Positions 12,847-24,529 of a stretch of 64,000 nucleotides of DNA are shown here, piece by piece; the first letter of the stretch is position 1; each line of letters begins with the position of its first letter. The notes under the pieces are model-generated. The model made no database searches. It saw only the letters and a list, made by a program, of their open reading frames with translations, and was not told the DNA's origin. This DNA is from Macrostomum lignano (Eukaryota): assembly GCA_002269645.1 (NCBI GenBank), contig NIVC01001886.1, positions 62,001 through 126,000 of the forward strand, in the 5' to 3' direction. A program made the position numbers and the translations under genes.

Positions 12847-14048
12847 AGAGGACAGCGGTGGCTATGGAAGGGGCTAAGAGAGGACACCGAAGGATTAGAG
12901 AGAGAGAGGACAGCGGTGCTCACCGAAGGATTAGAGAGAGAGGACAGCGGTGCTCACTGAAGGATTAAAGAGAGGACAGCGGTGCTCACTGAAGGATTAA
13001 AGAGAGGACAGCGGTGCTCACCGAAGGATTAGAGAGAGGACAGCGGTGCTCACCGAAGGATTAGAGAGAGGACAGCGGTGCTCACCAAAGGATTAGAGAG
13101 AGGGGACAGCGGTGCTCACCGAAGGATTAGAGAGAGAGGACAGCGGTGCTCACCGAAGGATTAGAGAGAGGGGACAGCGGTGCTCACCGAAGGATTAGAG
13201 AGAGGGGACAGCGGTGCTCACCGAAGGATTAGAGAGAGAGGACAGCGGTGCTCACCGAAGGATTAGAGAGAGGACAGCGGTGCTCACTGAAGGATTAGAG
13301 AGAGGACAGCGGTGCTCACTGAAGGATTAGAGAGAGGACAGCGGTGCTCACCGAAGGATTAGAGAGAGGACAGCGGTGCTCACTGAAGGATTAGAGAGAG
13401 GACAGCGGTGCTCACTGAAGGATTAGAGAGAGGACAGCGGTGCTCACTGAAGGATTAGAGAGAGGACAGCGGTGCTCACTGAAGGATTAGAGAGAGAGAG
13501 GACAGCGGTGCTCACTGAAGGATTAGAGAGAGGGGACAGCGGTGCTCACCGAAGGATTAGAGAGAGAGGACAGCGGTGCTCACCGAAGGATTAGAGAGAG
13601 AGGACAGCGGTGCTCACCAAAGGATTAGAGAGAGGACAGCGGTGCTCACCGAAGGATTAGAGAGAGGGGACAGCGGTGCTCACCGAAGGATTAGAGAGAG
13701 AGGACAGCGGTGCTCACCGAAGGATTAGAGAGAGAGGACAGCGGTGCTCACCAAAGGATTAGAGAGAGGACAGCGGTGCTCACCGAAGGATTAGAGAGAG
13801 GACAGCGGTGCTCACCGAAGGATTAGAGAGAGGACAGCGGTGCTCACCGAAGGATTAGAGAGAGGACAGCGGTGCTCACTGAAGGATTAGAGAGAGAGAG
13901 GACAGCGGTGCTCACTGAAGGATTAGAGAGAGAGAGGACAGCGGTGCTCACTGAAGGATTAGAGAGAGAGGACAGCGGTGCTCACCGAAGGATTAGAGAG
14001 AGAGGACAGCGGTGCTCACCGAAGGATTAGAGAGAGGACAGCGGTGCT
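12847..14048 (+). repeat. Minisatellite of about 32-38 bp: constant core GGACAGCGGTGCTCACCGAAGGATT plus variable-length (AG)n, about 35 copies
   Basis: Direct reading. The core contains the dyad CGGTG-CT-CACCG. Confidence 0.95.
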
Positions 14049-14689
14049 CTTAGCTAAAGTATGAGAGTTTGTCAAAAAGACGAGCTGAGCAAACAGATGC
14101 GGTACGAGTACCTGGGGCGGGGGCTGATGTACAGGGCTGCTTCAGCCAGCCTCAACTCGTATCGGCCGTTTTAGCTCGACTTGAGTCCTTATCGAACTGT
14201 AATCTCGGCTAGCTTAGGTTGCGTTTGTACAGGAATTTTTTTGCTCAAAAATTGGTGGAGAAGACTTAACCTGGCAACGAATTCAGGATTTCTTAGAAAT
14301 TGACTGCCTTTTTCTTTACTTTTCTGCCACTCGGGGCAACTGCAAACCACGTGCGGGTGTTCTCCGGTGATCGAGGAGCCATCCTCAAGCTTAGCTCCTT
14401 GCGGTCTGGATGCCCCGGCTTCCCAGACGTATTGATGAAGCGACACTGGGAGGCTGCAGAGGAAGACAGAATGATCAATGGCCTGAGCAATATCCTGCTT
14501 TCTTTCTCCGCTATGCAGTATCATATTCTTCCCATATGGGAAATGAACTCATAGACTAGAGGCTTTATCAAGGCTCCTGATGGTCTTTGCTTTATGGGCG
14601 AATGATGCTCGCTCCCTGCGCTTTCCTTACCGGATTTCCCGTGTTTTCCTTCTGCTCTTTGCTGCTCAAATTCGTTGATTAGTCTCAGT

Positions 14690-14885
14690 CTTCATTCGCT
14701 CTGATTCTCGCGCCACGACCCTTGGTTTGATTTTGAGTTGAGGCTTGGGCGCGAATATTGGCCGGGGGGGTTGTAGTACACGCCTGACGACTCGAAAGTC
14801 AGGGTCGCTGTACACCCTGTGTGAGCGTGTGCATGAGAGCGTGTCTGCGTACAGTATTGGCGCGCTTGTGTGTGCTCAGGATTCT
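14690..14885 (+). mobile_element. tRNA-like SINE family, copy 2
   Basis: GATTCTCGCGCCACGACCCTTGGTTTGATT..AGTTGAGGCTTGGGCGCGAA and GCTGTACACCCTGTGTGAGCGTGTGCATGAG...CTTGTGTGTGCTCAGGA match the reverse complement of 10525-10745 at about 75-80% by eye. Confidence 0.6.
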
Positions 14886-15825
14886 GCGGAACGGCTGCGA
14901 GGCGATGTCAGCCACATCCATCTCTTGATAATTATGATTATTCCCACCCAGTCTTCAATCCAGTCTCTACCCGCCAACAATTTCGGCAGGGGTCCATAAA
15001 TTTCGGCATCTAACCGTGATAAACCCGTGGCGTCACTCTGATCACATCTGATAAGTAGGTCTTCGCCTCTGCTCATTTGCATATCTGAGCAGGTCGACTA
15101 GAAAAAGTGACTCAGCCTTCATCTCCAGAATCTTCAGAAGTCGTTGAAGCGTTAAGCTGTGATGGGGATTATTGGGGGGGGGCGTGGATTTGAAGGCATT
15201 CGTCATATTGGGGCTTTGAAGGGATTTTAGGCAGAGAGCAGACCGCCCCTGTAACCATGCCAATGAAGCCCGCTTCTGCCTTCATCTCGCAGTAGGCTCC
15301 CACAGGACCCCAGCTGCCTCGCCTCATCTCCCCTGTCGAGGCATTCGCTTCCTTTTTTATTTTTCTCCCAACAACCCGCTCCCTCCTCTCTCTCTCTCCT
15401 CCAGCCAGACATTTTACTCTGGTTTCTCTGTCGGCCCGCCCCCTTCCGCCCACTCGACTCTCTTTAACCGGACTGAACCGTCAACGAGGTAAATTGAATT
15501 TTTGAGTCCTCCCCTCGCTGAGCAGACGAGTGACTCACCCGAAGCGTGTTGTATTTGATGAGTGCGGGTCTCACTGAGTCAAACTGGCTTCATGTTCTGC
15601 GGCTGCACTGCCTTATTCTGCAGTGAGCTTTTCTGAGGTCGCTTGACCGCGGGCTTGACGGGGTTTGCGTGAGGCGCTCGACAAACTCGACAGCTTTATT
15701 GCCTCGGGTGAGCGGGGCGGGAGACTTCAGCTGTCCCAGGCGTCAATCCTGATTGCGTAAGAATTCCCATAGTTTAGCGTCACTTTCAACTAGGCTGTGT
15801 CTGGTGCTGGGAATAAAGGAAACCC

Positions 15826-16328
<503 letters not shown>

Positions 16329-16330
16329 AC

Positions 16331-16709
16331 ACTGAGGCACTGAGACACTGAGACACTGAGGCACTGAGGCACTGAGGCACTGAGGCACTGAGGCACTGAG
16401 GCACTGAGGCACTGAGGCACTGAGGCACTGAGGCACTGAGGAACTGAGGCACTGAGGCACTGAGGCACTGAGGCACTGAGGCACTGAGGCACTGAGGAAC
16501 TGAGGCACTGAGGCACTGAGGCACTGAGGCACTGAGGCACTGAGGCACTGAGGCACTGAGGCACTGAGGCACTGAGGAACTGAGGCACTGAGGCACTGAG
16601 GCACTGAGGCACTGAGGCACTGAGGCACTGAGGCACTGAGGCACTGAGGAACTGAGGCACTGAGGCACTGAGGCACTGAGGCACTGAGGCACTGAGGCAC
16701 TGAGGCACT
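16331..16709 (+). repeat. (ACTGAGGC)n 8-bp tandem array, about 47 units, ending 27 nt before the robo-like ATG
   Basis: Direct reading, with occasional ACTGAGGA variants. Confidence 0.99.
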
Positions 16710-16735
16710 AAAGACAAACCCTCACGCCCCCGACA

Positions 16736-17688
16736 ATGATCAGCCAGGCCGAAGCGATGCGGCGCCAGCTGCTGGGCTTCCCCCTTCGATTTCTCGTCCT
16801 CGTCGTCTCGCTGACCGCCGAGGCGGCGCAGCCTCAATTCGAGCTCCATCCGGTGGACACAGCCGCCCAGCCGGGCGCTCCGCTGCGCCTCACCTGCAGA
16901 GTCGGCCGAGACGAGAGCGGACGATGGCCGGTGATCGTCTGGCATAACGCTAGCAGCGGCCTGCCGGTTCCTGGCGGCATTGGGCCGGCTCTCGAGTTCT
17001 CCGAGTTCGACGCCAGCAAAGTCGGCCAGTACTATTGCAATGCCAGCTCGGTTGGCGATGAAGGATCAGCGGCCAGTGGAGGAGGCTGGACGGCCAGCCG
17101 GACAGCCTGGGCCCGCCTGGCCAGCCTTGGCCGGAAATTCGCAGCCGACCCGACCAGCCAGACGGTGGCCAGCGGGCAGGTGGCCGAGCTCTCCTGCCGG
17201 CCGCCCGCAGACGCCTTTCCGCCGCCGCGGATCGTCTGGCATCGGAACGGCCGGCCGCTGAGCATTGGCGTCGGACTGTCCGACTACGGCAACCAACGGG
17301 AAGCCGGCCGGTTCCGCGTCCTCCCAGAAATCGTCGGCGGCGGCGTCCGGCTTCGCATTGTTGACGCGCGCCCGTCAGACTCCGGCGAGTTCGCCTGCGT
17401 GGCGACCAACGAGGCCGGGGCGCTGCACTCGGCCTCGGCACTGCTCACCGTCGTCCGCAGTATGCAGCGATCCGACGTCCGACAGCCGGTGGTGATCAGT
17501 TCAGCCCCGGACGATCTGTTCGTCCCACTCGGCGATCCGGCCAGCTTCAACTGCCTGGCCGACGGCCAGCCGGTGCCTGTGATTTCTTGGCAACGCGACG
17601 ACGCAGTTGCTATGGACGCGAAACGGATTATTGACCATGGCAACGGCACGTTGAGCTTTGTTGGAGTGGCCTTCGAGGACGCCGGCAG
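16736..17688 (+). CDS. robo: Roundabout-like receptor, coding exon 1 (signal peptide, Ig1, Ig2, most of Ig3)
   Basis: Hydrophobic leader (LLGFPLRFLVLVVSLTAEA). Ig2 has the Robo-type C-x-PP...P-P-x-I-x-W and DSGEFACVATN motifs. Donor CAG|GTGAGG at 17689, phase 2. Confidence 0.85.
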
Positions 17689-17989
17689 GTGAGGATGCGG
17701 TTCATAAGACATAGTTACTGAGTAAAATTTGTTCAACTGATGGAAATCGAATTCAGCATGCGAGCGCAACAAGCATTTGGGTCTTTGGGGTTTCTAACGT
17801 TGCCCCTAATGACACTAATAGCCCACTGATAGAGTCTCCAATGCTGCCTTAATAGCATTCCATTAGCGTTGGTCCATTAGGTGACACAGCATTAGACCCT
17901 GCTCTTCATCGTTGTTTGTGGACTCTTACTTGCTTCGCAGATGCTTGAGAGCTCGACGTGTCAGACTGGCGATAAGGCCTTCAAGACAG

Positions 17990-18580
17990 AAGTGCTAATA
18001 GTACCCCTAAGTGCTCCTAATAGTGTTCCTAATGGTGCTAATGATCACGTGCCCCTAAGTGCTCTAATAGTGCCCCTAGTAATGCCCCTAATAATGCCCC
18101 TAAGTGCTCCTGATAGTGCCCCTAATAGTGCCCCTAATAGTGCCCCTAATAGTGCCCCTAATAGTGCCCCTAATAGTGCCCCTAATTGTACCCCTAATAG
18201 TTTCCGTAATAGTGTCCCTAAGTGCCCCTAATAGTTTCCGTAATAGTGTCCCTAAGTGCCCCTAATAGTTCCCGTAATAGTGTCCTTAAGTGCCCCTAAT
18301 AGTTCCCGTAATAGTGTCCCTAAGTTCTCCTAATAGTTCCCGTAATAGTGTCCCTAAGTTCTCCTAATAGTTCCCGTAATAGTGTCCCTAAGTTCTCCTA
18401 ATAGTTCCCGTAATAGTGTCCCTAAGTGCCCCTAATAGTGCCCCTAATAGTGCCGCTAATAGTGCCCCTAATAGTGCCGCTAATAGTGCCCCTAATAGCG
18501 CTCCAAATAGAGCCCCTAAGTGCCTCTAATAGTGCTCCTAATAGTTCCCGCAATAGTGCCCCTAATAGTGCCACTAAGGG
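17990..18580 (+). repeat. Intron-1 degenerate 12-bp array (AGTGCCCCTAAT / AGTGCTCCTAAT)n
   Basis: Direct reading. Confidence 0.95.
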
Positions 18581-18648
18581 AACTTTTGTCCTCATATCAA
18601 GAAATGGAAATATTTTCTAAAGTTCAAATTTACCTGAAACTCACACAG

Positions 18649-19714
18649 GTACATCTGCGAAGCGCTGAGCCCGGCCGGCCGGGACTCCGCCTCGGCCACT
18701 CTGTCTGTGCAAACTCGACCGGAGATCCTGACCGCTCCCGTTGATCTGGCCGTCCCGCTGGGCGGACGAGCCGTATTCAACTGTCGAACTGGCGGCAGGC
18801 CGCGGCCGGCCGTGTACTGGTCCAAGGACTACGGGCACTTCTTGTTCTCCGACGCTGCTGCCGGCGGCGATGCCGACATGACCGTCGGGACTGACGGCAG
18901 TCTGACAGTGGAGTCCGTGAAGCTGCGACACCAGGGTCGCTACCAGTGCCACGCCACCAGCCAGCTCGGCACCGTGGTCGCCTCCGCCCGGCTCAGCGTG
19001 CTGCCCGAGCTGCCGACTCTGGTCCAGGGACCGCAGAGCCAGACTAAAATGCGCGGCCAATCTCTGCAACTGCCCTGTCGTCTGTCCGGCAAATTTCCGG
19101 CCAACCGGCTTGGAGTCGTCTGGCTGAAGGACGGCCAGCCGCTTGTGTCGCTCAGCGGTCGGCAGCACATCGGACTGGACGGCTCGCTGCGCGTGTTCGA
19201 GCTCCGAGCCGCGGACAGCGGCAACTACACCTGCCTGGCCGAGCTGGACGGCCGCCGAGTTGCCCGCTGGCCTCTGCCGGCCCGGGTTCGGGTCGTCAAT
19301 GTTGGCGCCGAGTTGCCAATTCTCTCGCAGTCGCCGCCGCCGGTGTCAATCAACGTAATCGACCGTGGCGCCGGTTGGGTGCTGTTGAATATTGTCGGCG
19401 GAGGTGGCAGCGGCTGCAGGCATCTGGCCGAGTGGGACTGCGGCAGCGGCTGGACAACAAATTTTGTCTGGGATCGACTGGCGGAGTCGTCGCTGGTTCG
19501 AGTCGACACCGGAGCGGGCGGGATCGGCCTGACAGCTCCGGCTGGGTGTCGCTTTCTGGCCCGCAGCGTCTGCCCGGCGTCCGAAGGAGGCTTCGTCGGC
19601 ACGGTTTCGCCTCCGTCGCCAGTGTCGCCGACTGTTCGGCTGGAGCCACCGACGTTGTCACCTTCCGCTGCGGCGGACCACGCAGCCGCGAGAATCCGGG
19701 ATCTGAGAGCTGAG
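18649..19714 (+). CDS. robo: Roundabout-like receptor, coding exon 2 (end of Ig3, Ig4, Ig5, first FN3)
   Basis: Acceptor CACAG|G restores DAGR-YICEALSPAG. Ig motifs FNCRTGGRPRPAVYW..GRYQC and LPC..VVWLKDG..DSGNYTC. Donor GAG|GTGAGC at 19715, phase 0. Confidence 0.88.
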
Positions 19715-19787
19715 GTGAGCTTTTCTGGCTATTAAAGCTCTCTTTACTGCAGATATAATCTCCAGTGACATTTTTTAATAAAACAAT

Positions 19788-20772
19788 CGTTAGAGCACTC
19801 GTTAGAGCACTCGTCAGAGCACTCGTTAGAGCACTCGTTAGAGCACTCGTTAGAGCACTCGTTAGAGCACTCGTTAGAGCACTCGTTAGAGCACTCGTTA
19901 GAGCACTCGTTAGAGCACTCGTTAGAGCACTCGTTAGAGCACTCGTTAGAGCACTCGTTAGAGCACTCGTTAGAGCACTCGTTAGAGCACTCGTTAGAGC
20001 ACTCGTTAGAGCACTCGTTAGAGCACTCGTTAGAGCACTCGTTAGAGCACTCGTTAGAGCACTCGTTAGAGCACTCGTCAGAGCACTCGTTAGAGCACTC
20101 GTTAGAGCACTCGTTAGAGCACTCGTTAGAGCACTCGTTAGAGCACTCGTTAGAGCACTCGTTAGAGCACTCGTTAGAGCACTCGTTAGAGCACTCGTTA
20201 GAGCACTCGTTAGAGCACTCGTTAGAGCACTCGTTAGAGCACTCGTTAGAGCACTCGTTAGAGCACTCGTTAGAGCACTCGTTAGAGCACTCGTTAGAGC
20301 ACTCGTTAGAGCACTCGTTAGAGCACTCGTTAGAGCACTCGTTAGAGCACTCGTTAGAGCACTCGTTAGAGCACTCGTTAGAGCACTCGTTAGAGCACTC
20401 GTTAGAGCACTCGTTAGAGCACTCGTTAGAGCACTCGTTAGAGCACTCGTTAGAGCACTCGTTAGAGCACTCGTTAGAGCACTCGTTAGAGCACTCGTTA
20501 GAGCACTCGTTAGAGCACTCGTTAGAGCACTCGTTAGAGCACTCGTTAGAGCACTCGTTAGAGCACTCGTTAGAGCACTCGTTAGAGCACTCGTTAGAGC
20601 ACTCGTTAGAGCACTCGTTAGAGCACTCGTTAGAGCACTCGTTAGAGCACTCGTTAGAGCACTCGTTAGAGCACTCGTTAGAGCACTCGTTAGAGCACTC
20701 GTTAGAGCACTCGTTAGAGCACTCGTTAGAGCACTCGTTAGAGCACTCGTTAGAGCACTCGTTAGAGCACTC
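19788..20772 (+). repeat. Near-perfect (GTTAGAGCACTC)n 12-bp array, about 82 copies, filling intron 2
   Basis: Direct reading. Only two GTCAGAGCACTC variants were seen. Confidence 0.99.
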
Positions 20773-20822
20773 GCGCGTCACCAATGAGCTACCATAACCT
20801 GAACCCTAACCGCCGCACCCAG

Positions 20823-22075
20823 GCCCTGGACCACGAGACCATCCGCGTTCGTTGGCGCCTGTTCCAGCCGGCGCCCTCCCGCCTTCGCTATCGCGCGGCG
20901 GGTAGGCAAGTCCGCCTGGCCGACTGCCTGACTTCGTCCTCCGCCAGGATGATCGAAAGAACAGCAGCGCCCATGCAGTTCCGGTCGGCAGCCTCAAAAG
21001 CGGAGTTGTGCTCACTAGCCGAGCCCGAAGCTCTTGCTGAACTTCTGCGGGACTATTCAGCACCGGAGACGCTGGGCCTCCGTGTCGACGGCGATGCACA
21101 AACTGCCTTCGCCGACGTTGGCGCCGGTGAGACCGAAGCCTCGCTGCTGCTCAGCGGCCTCTCCGCTTTCTCCTGCTACCGCGTCTCTCTGGCGCCGATG
21201 ATCGGGTTCGACAACGACGACCTGGGTAAGGGCTTCGGCAGCCGGCTGGTGCTCACCGGAGACGCCACACCCAGCCAGGCACCCGCCGCAGTCTCAGCCC
21301 GTTGGCATGGTAACGGCAGCCTGCTGGTCTCCTGGCTGCCCCCACCGCTGTCAGGCCGCCGCGGCGCGATCATCGGTTTCCAGCTGAGCCTTCGGGATCT
21401 TCGCCGGCGCAAGCCAAGCGGCGTCCTCCGCTCGATCAGCGTTGACGGAGCCAGCGCCCGCTCCGTGCTGCTCGCCAATCCGCTGCCAATGTCCGCCTCC
21501 TCCGCCTCGCTCGGCGTTCGCGTGGCGGCCCGAAACTGCCACGGCGTCGGGCCGGAGTCCCCTGAGCTGCCAGCGCCGTCAGCGGGAGACGCTGCCGACG
21601 ACGATAAGGCGGCTCTGTCGCTGCTGCCGAGGGCCTCCTGGCTGATTGTCGCCCTCGCCGCTGGTGGCGTCGTCTGGCTCGGCCTCGCTGTCATTGTCGC
21701 GTGCGCACTGCGCCGAGCATGGCGCATCAGGAAGAGGCGGCGCCAACCGCCGCCGCCGCCGCATCCAGACGGCAAGCAGTTGCCGCCGCTGCCTCTTCAA
21801 CCGCCGCCGCCGCCGCCGCCGCCTCCTCCTTGTTCAACGGCCGGAGCTGTCTGTCGAGCTCCACCTGACCTTCTCGTTGTCGGGACGTCTTCCGCAATCG
21901 TTCCAGCCGCCACGGCATCTGGCGCTTCGTTGTCGGCCTCTCCGTACGCATCGGCCAGCGTTGTGCACAGCTTCATCCGGGAGTCTGCACTGGAAGGGGA
22001 GTGCTCTTCCGCTGCACCTCATTTGCTTTCTCATCGCACCTATCGACCTGAGCATCTTCACTTTCAGCAGGCCAG
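20823..22075 (+). CDS. robo: Roundabout-like receptor, coding exon 3 (FN3-2, FN3-3, transmembrane helix, proline-rich juxtamembrane region, CC1-like motif)
   Basis: Acceptor CCCAG|GCC gives LRAE-ALDHETIRVRW, an FN3 start. Also LLVSWLPP and GVRVAARNCHGVGPES. TM helix WLIVALAAGGVVWLGLAVIVACAL followed by RRAWRIRKRRR. SPYASASVV resembles Robo CC1 (TPYATTQLI). Donor CAG|GTGAGT at 22076, phase 2. Confidence 0.88.
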
Positions 22076-22103
22076 GTGAGTATAAGATTTTGTTTGCTTT
22101 CAG

Positions 22104-23495
22104 GGTGAACAGCGGCCCAGACTTTCTCATCGTCAGGCATGTGGGTATACAGTGGCCCAGACTTTCTCATTGTCAGGCATGTACTCAGGCAGGGTGTACA
22201 GTGGCCCAGACTTTCTCATTGTCAGGCATGTACTCAGGCAGGGTGTACAGTGGCCCAGACTTTCTCATTGTCAGACATGTACTCAGGCAGGGTGTACAGT
22301 GGCCCAGACTTTCTCATTGTCAGGCATGTACTCAAGCATTGTGTACAGCGGCCCAGACTTTCTCATCGTCAAGCATGTGGGTATACAGTGGCCCAGACTT
22401 TCTCATCGTCAGGCATGTGGGTATACAGTGGCCCAGACTTTCTCATCGTCAAGCATGTGGGTATACAGTGGCCCAGACTTTCTCATTGTCAGGCATGTAC
22501 TCAGGCAGGGTGTACAGTGGCCCAGACTTTCTCATTGTCAGGCATGTACTCAAGCATTGTGTACAGCGGCCCAGACTTTCTCATCGTCAAGCATGTGGGT
22601 ATACAGTGGCCCAGACTTTCTCATCGTCAAGCATGTGGGTATACAGTGGCCCAGACTTTCTCATCGTCAGGCATGTGGGTATACAGTGGCCCAGACTTTC
22701 TCATCGTCAAGCATGTGGGTATACAGTGGCCCAGACTTTCTCATTGTCAGGCATGTACTCAGGCAGGGTGTACAGTGGCCCAGACTTTCTCATTGTCAGG
22801 CATGTACTCAAGCATTGTGTACAGCGGCCCAGACTTTCTCATCGTCAAGCATGTGGGTATACAGTGGCCCAGACTTTCTCATCGTCAAGCATGTGGGTAT
22901 ACAGTGGCCCAGACTTTCTCATCGTCAAGCATGTGGGTATACAGTGGCCCAGACTTTCTCATCGTCAGGCATGTGGGTATACAGTGGCCCAGACTTTCTC
23001 ATCGTCAGGCATGTGGGTATACAGTGGCCCAGACTTTCTCATCGTCAAGCATGTGGTATACAGTGGCCCAGACTTTCTCATCGTCAAGCATGTGGGTATA
23101 CAGTGGCCCAGACTTTCTCATCGTCAGGCATGTGGGTATACAGTGGCCCAGACTTTCTCATCGTCAAGCATGTGGGTATACAGTGGCCCAGACTTTCTCA
23201 TCGTCAAGCATGTGGGTATACAGTGGCCCAGACTTTCTCATCGTCAAGCATGTGGGTATACAGTGGCCCAGACTTTCTCATCGTCAAGCATGTGGGTATA
23301 CAGTGGCCCAGACTTTCTCATCGTCAAGCATGTGGGTATACAGCGGCCCAGACTTTCTCATCGTCAAGCATGTGGGTATACAGTGGCCCAGACTTTCTCA
23401 TCGTCAAGCATGTACACTCTGTATACACAGAATGCACGATGATTGCACGGAATCGAACCCAGGGTAGTTATGGCCTGGGACTGAGCTACCCCACT
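22104..23495 (-). mobile_element. SINE copy 3, whose internal segment has expanded into a 40/49-bp minisatellite (22104-23415) in robo intron 3
   Basis: The unit ACAGTGGCCCAGACTTTCTCATCGTCAAGCATGTGGGTAT and its 49-bp variants match SINE body 10590-10632. The tRNA-like head on the minus strand is intact: GGTAGCTCAGTC (23479-23490) and GGGTTCGATTCC (23449-23460). Confidence 0.65.
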
Positions 23496-24529
23496 GGTAT
23501 ATCGTATTCCCATTGAAAAACTCGAGCGGTTAAATTTAAAATCCGCCCAGTGGGTGGCTGGGGAGCCGATCATAAACTTAAGCGATCCCCAGCCCCCCCC
23601 CCCCCCCAAAAAAAGCCACAAAGCGGGGGAGGACAAACTTGCGAGGAAATCCACGCACGCTGACTGATGGAGTGCCGCAGCAATGCCGGCTGTCTCTATT
23701 TTTTTGTAGCTGGGCCCACGTTGGCCAAGCTGTCTAAGAAAGCTCTGTAGTAGTAAGCTCGAACTACTGGGATTAGCGGTGGGCTGGAAATGTCTGAAGC
23801 CCCCAACCGAAGGCTGCCCTGCTTTGAAAGCGAAAGCGGCGGCTACCATGCGGCAGCTGCCGTGACAGCGTTCTTCGCCTGTCACGCCAGCGCCATCAAG
23901 GAACAAGGGGAGCTGAGAATGCGGTAGGAGAGAGGCTATTAGACTAGTAGCGGTGTTAATGGGGAATCTGCGCGACTTTCCCTTTCCCCACCACCTTGGC
24001 TCGCAGTAACTACTGACTAACAACAGGCACTGGGAGGCAGCCATCGAACTGATGCGAGAATTGTAGCAATTCTTCTTCTAGTTTCCAGCGCACAAATCGG
24101 CTTTTTCCCCGTGTTGATGTCGGGCCGTGTTCCTTTTCCCTCTCGCCAAACTATCCAGGTGAAAGCGGAGCCGCGGCTTCAAGGCCTCTAATTACGGTCC
24201 TAGGAATTTTTCGGCGTCAAGAGGCGAGGGGAACAACAGGAGCCATCGGGGAAGGGGGATGACTAACTGTAATTGAGCGGTCAAATATTAGCGCTTGGCT
24301 GAACTTGCCCCGGTGATGGATTGGCAGACACCTGGATATTTGAGAAATGCGTCTTTTGGTGAAGAAAAAACTTTTTTTTCACCTGTCAAGGATTTCAAGC
24401 ATGGAGACAGAATATTTATTCACAGTTTTAAACGTCATCATTTTTTGGCGATATTTTTTCGCTTTACAGGCTATGATAGTTTTCTTCAAAACCATTTGGT
24501 TGCTTTTTCTGCTCTCCATTTTACCTGTG

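Noticed and set aside
12847-14048. CRISPR-like repeat-spacer appearance (also the GACA array with inserts and the 22-23 kb array)
   Set aside because: The spacers are microsatellite or identical rather than unique, there are no cas genes, and the context is eukaryotic with spliceosomal introns.
14061-14554. Coding-looking short frames (KDELSKQMRYEYLGRG; RHWEAA, shared with about 24025-24045)
   Set aside because: They are too short and interrupted. The RHWEAA match is about 15 nt and could not be extended, so no call is supportable without a search.
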